A DNA stretch of 64,000 nt from Thalia democratica (lineage: Eukaryota), in assembly GCA_965202585.1 (NCBI GenBank), contig OZ241834.1, positions 31,062,001-31,126,000 on the forward strand. Reading direction: 5' to 3'. The notes beneath the pieces are model-generated. The model did no database searches. It saw only the letters and a program-made list of their open reading frames with translations, and was not told the origin of the DNA. The translations under genes and the position numbers were made by a program. Below, in pieces: positions 28,601-40,600 of the stretch (positions are counted from its first letter, which is position 1; each line of letters starts with the position of its first letter).

Positions 28601-31600
28601 CTCGTCGTCCGTGGTGTCCAGCTTGAACCTGTCCTCGTTCTCCTTGGACACCGCCGCGGACCCGCTCTCCCTCGTCCAACGAACGGTTGGATGAGGATAT
28701 CCTGGTGTTTGAAACAATATTGAGTTTTCAAGTGAAAATACATAAAGTACAAATAAAGCATTTATGTTACTAATTAACGTGCGGCTATTGTAATTACAAA
28801 AAAAAAGCTTATTTAGTTTGTTTTTGTTGAAATTTGTTGAACTAGAAGTTTTGACAACATGCTTGATATCAAATAAAATAAAACTTTTATCTAAATTAAA
28901 AAAATTAAAGCTTACAAATAAAAAGTTTCATTACAAAAAATAATTTTAACTTGTAATTTTTTTATAGTAACCTTTAAGATGTTCCTAGTTTTTGTTTTAA
29001 TTGAAAAAATTCATATTAATATTATAAACTTTCAAAAGATAAGCTGCTTTCCTTTTATAAGAATAAGTTAAGTACAACAAAAATTTAAACTTGTATTTTA
29101 AACATCACATAAACTCACCTTTAAGATGTCCCCGAATGAGAAGGGGTGCCGCGGACTTGACGCTGAACTCTTCGCTTTTGAACACGACATCGGGTGCTTC
29201 TGTGTTGTCCTTGGTCACGTGCGACTTGATCGTCTCCTTGAAGTCGCCCTGACCCGCCTTGGTGTGCGCGCAAACCCTGAACTTGTACTCACAATCTTCT
29301 TTCAGACCTTTCACGTCGAACCTGTTGCAAAAATTTGAGATAAAAATGTATTGTTTGGTGTAAATGTTGGCGTTATATGCAAAAATAATAGTAATAAAAT
29401 TATGAAGTTGTTAAGTTAAACAAGAATTAAAGCATAATTTTCTAAATATATTTTCAATGCTTTTTATTCTAACATTTTTCAAAAGTATTTTGAAGGTAAA
29501 GTGCTTTATTTTAGCTTTAAACCGGTAAAAACTAAAAAATCTGAAATAGTTTTATATTTTTAATACAGTAAACAAAAAAAATTCAAAAATAAAATTATAT
29601 ATGTTTATAAATACAAATAATCTTTATTTTGCAACTGACGTGTTGTCGGTGCTGGATCCTTTCACGGACCAGGCGCTCTGCTTGCCCTTGGTCAGGCACT
29701 TGGCCTCGATCCGGTACTTGGTTATCTTGCTGCCGCCGTCGTTGGTGGGCGTCGACCACTTCAGCTTCGCCCCGTCCTTGCACATCTCGACCACTTGGAG
29801 GTCGGGAGGGGCGGAGGCGGTCTCGTGGGCGACGATGGCCTGGTTCGTGGTGATTCCCCTGCCGGCCCCCTTTTTGTTGAGGGCGCGCACCCTGAAGAGG
29901 TACTCTCTGCCGGGGATCATGTCTGTCACCGTCGTGTTGGTTCGGGATACCTGAGAGTTTTTTTTTTTTAATCAGGAAGTTTGGTTGACTATGATTAAAT
30001 AGTACGCGTACTTTTTATTAGTTTGTGTGTGAATTTTCAAACTTTTGTAGAATATAAATTAGTGGAGTTTTTATTTTAAATGAATAATTAAGCTTTTTCA
30101 ACTTTTTGTGTGCTGTGCTTGTACTAGTGTTACAAAATAGCTTTTGAAAGTTGTATACGACTGTTGCATAAACAAACCACAAAAAATAATTAGATTAAAA
30201 AACAATTATAACTGGTATATCCTTAAAAAGAGTTTTAAAAATATATTAATTATAATTGTTTATAATATAGAGCTTATACCTTTGCAACCGAGGTGGTCCA
30301 TACTTTCGTTCCGGACTCCTTCTTCTCGATTGTGTACCCGGTAACCTGGCAACCGCCGTCGTCGTCCGGCTCCTCCCACGTCAGGTCGGCCGTCGTCTTG
30401 GTAACCTCCCCGACTTCCAGGTCGCTGCAGGGTCCGGGGGTGTCCAGAACCGCAATGTCGAAGGTCACTTTCTTCTTACCCTGGGAATTTTGAACTTCCA
30501 GCTCGTAGGTTCCCGTGTCGGTGTAATCAGTGTCTTTTATTGTGAGCACACTGGAATTAAGTTTGATTATTTTTTGATGAATAAAAACAATGGTTGTTTG
30601 ATATTTTAAAAGTAGTATTAGCTTAAAATAATTAGTTTGTATTAAATAATAAACTAAAACTCTTTAAAAAACGATAGAATTCTAACAAGTACACAACAAA
30701 ATTGTCAATTTTATAGTCGAAACAGCAGTAAAAATACAATAATTTACCAGTGATTAAAAAATTGCTTTAAATTAATAACGTTTACTGCTAAATTTTTTAA
30801 ACGTGCTAAAAAAGGTTAACAAGTTATCTGTTAAAACTAGTGTTGTACCGGACTCACTATCCGGGTCCGGGTCCGGCCGGATATTGCCATTTTTGTCTGA
30901 TATCCGGATCCGGCCGGACTCTAATTTGAAAAAATAGTCCGGATCCGGTTCCGGCCGGATTCTAATTTGAAAAAAAAGTCCGGATCCGGTTCCGGCCGGA
31001 TTCTAATTTGAAAAAAAAGTCCGGATCCGGTTCCGGCCGGATCCTAACAGAGATCCGGCCGGACCCGGATCTAGTTAGTAAAAAAGAGCATACTGAAAAG
31101 TATTTTTTCAAAAACAAACCCTGTGTAAATTAATAAGAGTCACCTACCGTGATTGAATTAAACACCTACCGTGATTGGCTCATTTTGTATACGTGACTAA
31201 TTTACATTTGTTTACATTTAAACTATGAAATAAACATTTTAGAAATGCAACTCTTTACATATGTTGTAAAATTGAAAACTTTGGAATGAATACTTGCATT
31301 ATTTATTGTTTAACATTGAGCTCAAAGAATATTTAGAGTTAATATGGTTGAATGTACGAGTCAATGAGAATCATATGACGAAATGTTTAAAACAAAATAC
31401 TGATGCAACAAAACATCAGAACATGACAGGCAGTTTATATGTAAGCAGTTAGTTAGTTTGGTGGGCAGCTTGAAGCAACAAAATATCTTGAACTTTTTTG
31501 TAAATGCTTATTGTAAGTAGTGTTTTGTTTTAAAAGTGGATATTTCAACTAGTGTATAATTGTATAAATATTTAAGCCAGGTTTATAGTTTAATAGTTTA

Positions 31601-34600
31601 TTAAAAATTTTACAGTTTCTTCTTTACTAAAAGTTTTATTTAATTTTCAGTTTATTGTTTTAAGTCATTTGATATAGATTTAAATAGCTTCCAGTTTTTA
31701 AAGTGTTACCTAAGTAATTAATAGTTTTGTATATGCTAGTATTTCTTGTTGTGTTTTATATATAAGATTCATCACTCAAAACTGTCGTGTCTGATTATAG
31801 AAAGTAGTTTCAGTTAGGATTTAGTATTTGTTAGATATTAATTAAATAAGGTAGGATATAATTATGATGGGTAGTACTAATAAGTTAAGTGTACCACAAT
31901 CAGTCACAACTTTACTACCAAATTGTCAACCTTTGCTAGCTGTTCTACTGATTATTAGATTAAAGTAATTTTTTTCAGTTTTTAAAAACCTCATTCTGAC
32001 TCAGGCTTGTTTATACTCACTCTTGCTAGTTTTATTGACTTTAACGGTGGCAACCCTGCTAGTTTGAAAATTTTTGGGAATTTTAGAAAATCTTGGACTG
32101 CCTCAGGCTAGTTTAGTTTTTTACAAAAACTCAGGCTAGTTTTCTTTTAGATTTTGAATGAGTTTGAGCTGATTCAGTTTTCAATGTTTTGTAACTTTCT
32201 AGTGTATTTTGTTCAAGAACTTGATTTCAGATTTTTAATTGTAAATAACACCTAAATTTGTAAACCTTATGGCTAGCTGTTCTACTTATTATTAGATTAA
32301 AGTTCTTTTTTTTTTCATTTTATAAAAACCTCATTCTGACTCAGGCTAGTTTATACTAATGATGTAGCGGACTCACTATCCGGGTCCGGGTCCGGCCGGA
32401 TATTGCCATTTTTGTCTGATATCCGGATCCGGCCGGACTCTAATTTGAAAAAATAGTCCGGATCCGGTTCCGGCCGGATTCTAATTTGAAAAAAAAGTCC
32501 GGATCCGGTTCCGGCCGGATTCTAATTTGAAAAAAAAGTCCGGGTCCGGTTCCGGCCGGATTCTAACTTGAAAGAAAAGTCCGGATCCGGGTCCGGCCGG
32601 ACCCAAAATTGTGGGTCCGGTACATCACTAGTTAAAACTTAAACTTTTAGACAAACACTGTAAAAAAGTATAAAAATTAAAGCTCATTTAGTTTACTATT
32701 AATTACCTCTTGTTGTCGGTGTTTTTAATGGTCTAAAAATATTAATCAAGTTTGAAAGTTTTAACTTTTAGAAAAACACTTTAAGAAACTCCTTTAAAAA
32801 TTACAAGTCACTTAATACACTATTTGAACAAAATTTTAAGGAACTCACCTCTTGTTGTCAGTGTTTTTTATTGTCGCTCGTTCCGAAATTTCGCCGTTCA
32901 CCTTCTTCCACTTGGCGATCGGTACCGGCTTGCCCCGGATGCCCACCTCCAGCCGGATCGTCTCGCCGGCCTCGTACTTCTCCCGCGGCTTCGTCTCGAA
33001 CGTCACCGTCGGGGCGGAGTTGGGGCTCGACAGCTCTTGGGCGTCGCATAGCGGAGAAAGAATTTCCGAGGGAAGACTCGCCTCTGACGTGCCGTGCTCG
33101 TTATGAGCTAATACTCGGAATCTGTAAGTAAAAGTGTGTCAACAAAGCTGCAATAGTCACCTTTGAGTTAATTTAACCGATGCAGTTGAGTTTTTATTTA
33201 AAAATTACTTAAACTCAGTGTGATAACAAGTTGAAACGCTTTACTGCTAAGCTTTATGGTGTATTTTGCAAAACAAAAAAGCTTTAAAATGTTAGATATG
33301 TTAGTAAAAACGTTACTGTTGTATAAAGCTGTTAAAGATTTTATTTAGCAGATTTTAGTTGTAATACAATTTATCTCCAAGATTTTTTGATTATAAGTAA
33401 AAGGTGAAAATGCATTTTAAAAACTGTTATCTTATGATATAAAGCAAATTTAAACAAATAATATTTCAGATAACTTTTGCTTAATATTTAAAATAAAAAC
33501 TTTATAAACTAAAATTTTATGTTTAACTTTCATTTTAAAAGCTACTACAACATAAAAATAAATATTAGCCTCACAAAAATAGCTTACTGAATTATAAAAA
33601 CAATAAAAAGTTTAAACAAAAGTAAAAAAACAAAAGTTTTATTTTAGAAGAAAAAACTATACTGATAAAAACGTTAATACATATTCTAAAACAACTTTTC
33701 AAACAAAGACTAAAACAATTAATACTATCAACTCTAGTGTACTAACTTGTATGAGCTGTTAGGATTCAATCCTTCAGCCGTGAATGTGTTTTCTTTCAAT
33801 TTGCTCTTGATCAGCTTAAAATCGCTGTCTGAATTTTCACTCATTTCAACTGAGTAGCTCTCAGTTGCTGGTCCTCCTTCAGTCCATGTTATCGTGATCG
33901 TTTCTTTCGTCGTTCGAACGATCTTCGGACTTGAAGGGGCCTTTGGAACACCTAAATTGTTGGTTTAGTAATATATCTATATAAAAGCAAATTATTTTAT
34001 CTTTTAAATTTTTTGTGAGTAATCAAAAATCGAAAAAATATATGTAAATTAAAATGTTAACAAAAAATTCCAACGGCTTTAAAATTTTGTTTATTTTGTA
34101 TCATAACTTGTAGTGAAATCAAAACTTTCAGACTATATCAATTTAAGCTCTTAATTTTTTATAGTTTAGTTTTTATAGACATTTATAATGAAAAATTAAT
34201 TAGTTGTAAAATAATACTCTACTAGTATTTCAGATTTCTAAACATTAAAAACAAAAAATTTTTTTTTACACAAAGTCAGTGAAAAGTGCTTGAAAAAACA
34301 AAAAGTGAAAACAATATCTTAATAAATTAGTTTACTTAGCAAGCATGCTCTACATTAACTAAACCTTTTGATTATTTTTCAAAACAAAACACTAACGTAT
34401 TTTAGGAACGGCAGAAACTTGTGCGGACTCTGTCGCGCTGATTTTCGTTTCTGCTCTGACTTGTTCCGCTTTTACTGCGGAAGCTGTTTCTTTAGCTTCG
34501 CTTTTTGTTTCTGTCGTTTGTTTCTGTGGTATCGGTTTCAAGTTTACGTTTATGTCAACCGATGATGCATCACTGCCGCGTTTCTGATGCACATGCTTCA

Positions 34601-37600
34601 ATTTCGCATGCTCAATCACAGTCTCTGCTTTTTCCTTCTTAGCAGTCTTTTTCTTTTGCTTGCGTTTCAAAAGGGCCTCTTTCGCCTGTTGCAGAGCCTC
34701 GGCACCCGTCACTTCGGGGGCTGGCATCTTGGCCCTGGGCTTCTTTTTAATTTTGAGCTTGCCCGTTTTGCTCGTTTCTGAACTAGTCTCATCTTGCTTT
34801 ACGCTAAACCTACCCCCCGATGACTTTTGCAATTTTACCGAAGAGCTTTCAAACTTCGACGACGAAGTCTTCGAGCTCTTTATCTCTACCGACTTGGTCG
34901 ACCTGACCGAAGTCGAGCTTTCCTCCTGCACGCTGAACTTTGACGAACTCTTAGAAGTCTTAGTAATGCTAGAAACTTTAGTGCTGCTGCTGCTGGCTTC
35001 TGACTTGGTGAACTTGCTCTCGCCGAATGTCGAAGCCAGGAGCTTCTTGCGTTCATGCAAGCTGCTCATGTCTTCCTCGGTGTCGAAGTCGGAAGTGTTG
35101 TCGCCCACTTCCGATCCCGACCGCGCTGTAAAGTACTCTTCCTCCGCTGGTGATCTGCTTTTAGTGTTGCTTCTGCGTCTCTGCTGAAGCTCGCTGCGTT
35201 TAATGTCTGATCGCGCCTGGCTGCTTGTATTTGTCCTTGTTCGCTCTCGGCTATCTACAAGTGGTGACTCATCGTGCGCTTGTCGCGTTGCGTCATCGAC
35301 CGATGCGGCTTTGTTCTTTAGCGCCAGCGTGTCCGGCCTTTCGCTCGTTGAAATTTCGCTTTCACCTGAAACTGCTTTCGCCGAGCTAACTGAACTTTTC
35401 ACGGATTTCGACGCGGATTTTTTCACGGTTTTCACTGGTTTTTTCGACGACGCCTGCTCGGCTGCTTTCGCGGTTTTTCTGCTTCTGGACGCGCGGAACT
35501 CAACGCTCGCGACGCTTTCCTCGTCGTCATCTCTCGTGATGCTCATGACTCTGCTCCTGATCTCTTCCGGGTCTACGTCATCTAGCTTTCCCGCTTTCGC
35601 GTCTTTCAAAAGCTTTTCCGAGCTCACTGTCCTGTAAAAGTTCTTGAGCAGCTTCTTGGCCGACTTTGGTATGGCTTTCTGCTGCTCTGAAGTCGAAGTT
35701 TTAGTAAATTTTGCTGAGCTAGCCACTGAGCTCGACGACTGCTTGCTGACAACTTTCTTGCTCCTTTTCGATGCTGTTCCTGCTAAATGAACGCTGTTAC
35801 TAGCTTTTAGCTGCTGTTTGATCAACCGACTGCTCTCAGACGATCTCGTTTCCGATTTATTTTGCGCTTCCTGTTCCGCTGATAAACTGAGCTCCCCAAA
35901 ACTCGTCTTCTCAACTTCAATGCTGCGCCCTGAAACCTCAACATGCTGGCTTCTGCTCTCCTGCACCGAGCTGGAGTCTACCCCTCCCGTAGACTCCTGC
36001 TTGTACTGAAAGCGGGGCTGCTCCTGTATCTGTCCTCCCCTCTTGGACTTGTACGAAGCCGTGATCGTGCTGCTGCTGGACACCGAGTCTCCCTCAAACT
36101 CCTCGTGTCTCTGCTGCTGCTGCTGATCTGATCTCCTCTGAACCTGCCTGCTGCTGCGCGGATCCCTCAATCCTTGCAAGCTCGGCGCCTGGCTCGAGTA
36201 GCTCGATCTGCTCGGGCTCGTCGAGTACTCCCTCGACGCTGATCGTCTCCTGTACTCCGGCTGCCTCGCGTCGCTCCTCCCCCTCGACTGGCTGCCAGTC
36301 CATGCTGCTGGGGAAGGGGAGCGGGTGCGGTAGCCGCTGGGCACGATCATCGGCGACCTCTCCTGGCTCCTGCCCTGCCGGTACCCTCCCGACGGAGTCA
36401 CCGACCTTGACCTCGTGTACGAAGCACTCCTGCCGTACGTCAGCCTGGTGGCTGACACCGACCTGGGCCGGTACCTCGGCTGCTGGTACGTCCCGTAGCC
36501 GGTCGGCGTGCGCAGTCTCAACGACTGTCCGGTCGGGGTCGACGGTCTCGAGCCCGAAAAGTCGCGGTTTCTGCTCCTGAAGAGCCTCGACGGCGTCGGC
36601 GACCTGCTCGAGTACCTGAAGCTGTCCGGCACCAAAGTCCTGCCCGTTCTGCCTCTGGACGGGGAAAAAGTCGCCGCGCTGCCCCGGTACGGGCTGGAGT
36701 AGCGGCCGAGATCTAACAAATCGCTGCGCCTGCTCCTGCCAAAGTACCTGCTGTAATACGGAGTCACCCTTCTCGTCCTGTTCGGCGAAAAATCGTACGG
36801 CCGGTAAATGTACCTCGACAGCGACCTGCTCCTGCGCCTGCCGTAACTCGCCAGCCTGTCCCTCTGCTTCTGTTCCAACGACTGTTTCGCACGGCGGTTC
36901 CTTCGCGTGAACTCGCGCAGTTTTCGCGTGAACTCGTCGTCGGAACTCTGCATGGCCAGCCCGCGCGACCTGCTCCCGAACTCGGTCGGAGTTCTGGGGC
37001 GGTGCCTGCTCAGGCTCAGCGGCGAGGCCCTGCCCATTTGCATGGGAGAAACGCGGCCCTTCGTGGGCGCTTTGTGCTGACTCTTGTCCATTTTTTCAAT
37101 GGACTCTCAGCTGTGTTTTTTGCGGGTTGCAGCCAATAGGCTGTCCCTAGTTTTTAAAACTTATTTAAAAGTATATAAAAAGAAATAAAAATAAAAACAA
37201 AAATAACAAAAATCTAACTAAATAAGCTGCAAATTTAAAACCTTCTTCAAAAAAGCTGTAGCGCACTTGTTTGAGGAAACAGTGCACTACAAGCTTGCTC
37301 TGCTCAAATAATCAAAATTCGAAAAACTGCAAACGGAAAGTCGCGAGCTTTATACTCGACTCAAAGTTTAGCAGTTAGCTGCTGACAGCTCGCACTGGTC
37401 TGAAAATGAATGGCAAAGCAACGAATTTCAGCCGACAGAGAAAGAAGTAAGACCCCCCTGGGGACGATCTTAGCGCAGCTCGATGCAATCTCAGTTGCTT
37501 AATATACGACACACGTCATGCAGTGTGGTCACGTGTTTAACTTTTCAGCATCTGTTCGCGCGTCATGATAACCGAGTTTTGTAATTCCGCTTTAAATAAT

Positions 37601-40600
37601 CTGCATAAGGTAAAAGTGTTGCTCTTGTGTTTGAAAGTTGAGTGAATTGAAACAAAATGTACTTTTTGAATAGTTAAGTATTCCGAAAAAAAAGTAAAGG
37701 TGCTTATTTTAAGTACTGTTGTGAAAAAAACTATACTTATTTATTTCAAGTCAAACCTATTTTTATTGATAAAAATTACTTATTGATAACGTACTAAAAA
37801 ACTACATTTATAGAAAACTTTATGACTTATAGTGTATGAAAAAAAATATATGTAAAAATGTTTTTTTATTTCAATAGTAGAAAATATAAATATATTTAAT
37901 TTTTTAGAATAAAATAATTTGATTTTTTCAAAAACTTCTCAAGTGAACATGGCTATGCTTATTTCTACATCAAAAACTATAAAAACTTTAATTCAAAAAA
38001 AAGTAATTTTTTATGTAGAAATAAGCGTAGCCATGTAGTTTGCCGTTTTTTAATATTCAAATTTGTTTTATAAAAAAAAATACACTAGTACTTGAGTCGA
38101 AAAAGTTTTTTTTGTCTACATAGATATTTTTGTCCTAAAGTACGAACAGCTCTTAAGTTTTTTAACAACCGAAACAAACTACAATGTACAAATGGAGTTT
38201 ATTTTATGTTTAATTAGATTTTGGGTACACTATCTTAAAGCACGTAGTTTATTTCAACTGGAGTTTTTTTTTATACTGCCCAAATAACTCAAATAGTAAC
38301 ATATATTTTAAGATAATAAACTTAGAGAAATATTATTTGTATGCTCAATAATGCATTTAGTGTGCTTGCGAATGTATTAAACATCTTAATTAAATCGAGA
38401 TAAGTTGTGATTATGAATGTGTTTGACAAATGCAATTAAATTGACGCTGCATGTAAATTGTTATGTGATACTAATCATGTATTATCTAATCGAATGTTTA
38501 GTTTTGATTTAAACGCTACGCTAAAGTACTAACAATATTTGTTTAACAACTTTATGTATTTTTATTGGTATAACAGTTTTTATTGAAACAAAATATTCCA
38601 AAAAAGTTTTTATTTTAGTTTTTTGTCGATGTACGCTTAAGTTTGAAAATATTACACGATATAAATCATTTACTTTAAATTAAAAACAAGTTTTTCTTAA
38701 CTAAAGTTAAATTAGTGTATGTTTAAGAAGTTTGTTTAATTTATTTATAAAGTTTACAAGATATTTGAACTTCGTTTATATTATATAAAAAATACTTTAT
38801 GTAAGCTTTTTTGTATTACAAACAAGTCAAAAACAAATAATTAAGAAATTCTTTTTTAGGTAAAACTTTGAATAGAAATATACCTTTTTACATACAAAAA
38901 ATTTTAAGATACTCTATAAAAGTTTATTTTTATAATAAATGTTTTTTAATTATATAATTTTCTTTTAATACTGTTTTGCTTATATTTAGCAAGACATTTC
39001 GATTATATCTAATAAAATAATTAAAGATCATGATAATTACTTTGATATGATCAAAACTGGTTATTTAAATTTATTTGTGGTTATTTTGTTCGTTATAGTA
39101 AAACTTTTATGTGTGTTTGTATTTTACTTTTTTTTATAGTTTAAAACATAATAGACTAATAATATTCGACTTCTAAAATTCTAAACTAAAATATTTTTCA
39201 CGTACTAGTAAATTTAAAATATTTTAAGTATTTGTTTCAACATTTTGTTTCATTTTTCACATACATACTTGTAGATACATTCAAGCTAGTTCTGATTAAA
39301 AAACTTAAATAAAAATTATGTACAACTTAAACTATAGAAAAACTTTATACAGTTATTTTTACTTTAATAATTGAAATTGATTCAAGTTAAGTCCAATATA
39401 TTTTTCACAACTTTTTTTATTATTTTATCAAATAGTTTTAAACTTTTTTAAAGTTTACTAACGTTCACAGTAGTTCAACTGAAATATCCGTGTGTTTTAA
39501 CTTACTAGGTCTAAGTTATCTTTTAAAGAAAACACATAAACAGATGTTTAATTTTATTTATTAGATTAAACTTATAAATGAAACTTGTTTATGGATAACA
39601 CTAAAAGGTTTAAAAGTAAATATTTATTTCAAATTTTATTATAGGTCATTTAAAAAAAACAAATTATTTTGTGTAAACTTGTTTAATTTTACACTCATGT
39701 GCTGAATTGATAACTATTTTTCAATGTGAGAATCAAAGTTTATGATTTTGTTTAAAAAAACTTATGTCATTTACTTCTTGAAAAGCTTTTAAATACTGTA
39801 GAGTGTTTAAAAATATATGTCAATGTTTTGTTTATCTATATCCACAAACACTAAACACAAAATGAAATTAGAAAATATTTAAAAATAACTTAGGTTGTTG
39901 AAAATTTATAGTGACTTGTTGTTGTTGTATTTTTTTCTGTCGGAATGGGTGTTTAAGTTTTATTGCTGAAACTTTAGGAAAACTTTATGTCATCATAGCC
40001 ATATATGATATAAAGTCAAAATAGCACTTAGAAAGCATTAAGTTTAAATAAAAGTAAGTAAATATCAATAAACTAAAGTCAAAAAGCATTAAAGTCATTT
40101 TATTCAAAAGTTGATAGCTTTGTTTTATAGCTTTTTATTGGTTATCCGGTTTAAAAAATTATGTTTTTATTTAAAGTTGTACTATAAAAGTTCTAAAAGT
40201 AACGATATTTTTTATGTTTAGCTTCATTAACTAACAAATGTAAAAAAAAGGAAACCTTGTATAGATGTTGTTATTGAGTCAAAGTTTATTTTGTTTTTGT
40301 TATGTTTTAATAAAGACCAAATAAGTCTTAAAGTGGTACACTTATAAAATACATAAAGCTTATAAATTATTGCTTGTTACAGTAAGATAGTAAAATCTCA
40401 TTAGAAATTTAATTGAAGATAATAGATAAGCTGATTGTGTATACTTACTTATAGAATAATTTAAAGTAATTTCAAATATTTTGGTTAATGTGTGCGTGCA
40501 CTAATAGTTTTATGTAATTATTATTTAATGGAAAAGTGTTTGGTACCTATTATTACAGGTAATAAAAACAAACGTATATATTTATGAATTTACATTTACT

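Larger units (their letters stand above)
30838..32630. mobile_element. Non-autonomous hAT-type element (composite of two MITE units plus 1.3 kb internal DNA), 1,793 bp
   Basis: Outer termini TAGTGTTGTACCGGAC and GTCCGGTACATCACTA are 15/16 inverted matches. An exact 8-bp direct repeat GTTAAAAC flanks it at 30830-30837 and 32631-32638. No transposase ORF is present. Confidence 0.72.

Noticed and set aside
32046-32058. GGTGGCAACCCTG, resembling a CAGGGTTGCCA hAT terminus
   Set aside because: No partner end or TSD found, so it cannot be supported as a separate element.
30838-32630. Regular ~41-bp repeats resembling a CRISPR array
   Set aside because: The units are tandem with no unique spacers, there are no cas genes, the context is a eukaryotic intron, and TIRs plus a TSD are present.
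34392-34396. Apparent stop making the RS ORF a stand-alone single-exon gene
   Set aside because: The TAG is inside a GTTAGT donor, a donor type used repeatedly in this gene, and is in phase with the next titin exon. A separate gene is less parsimonious, though not excluded without RNA data.
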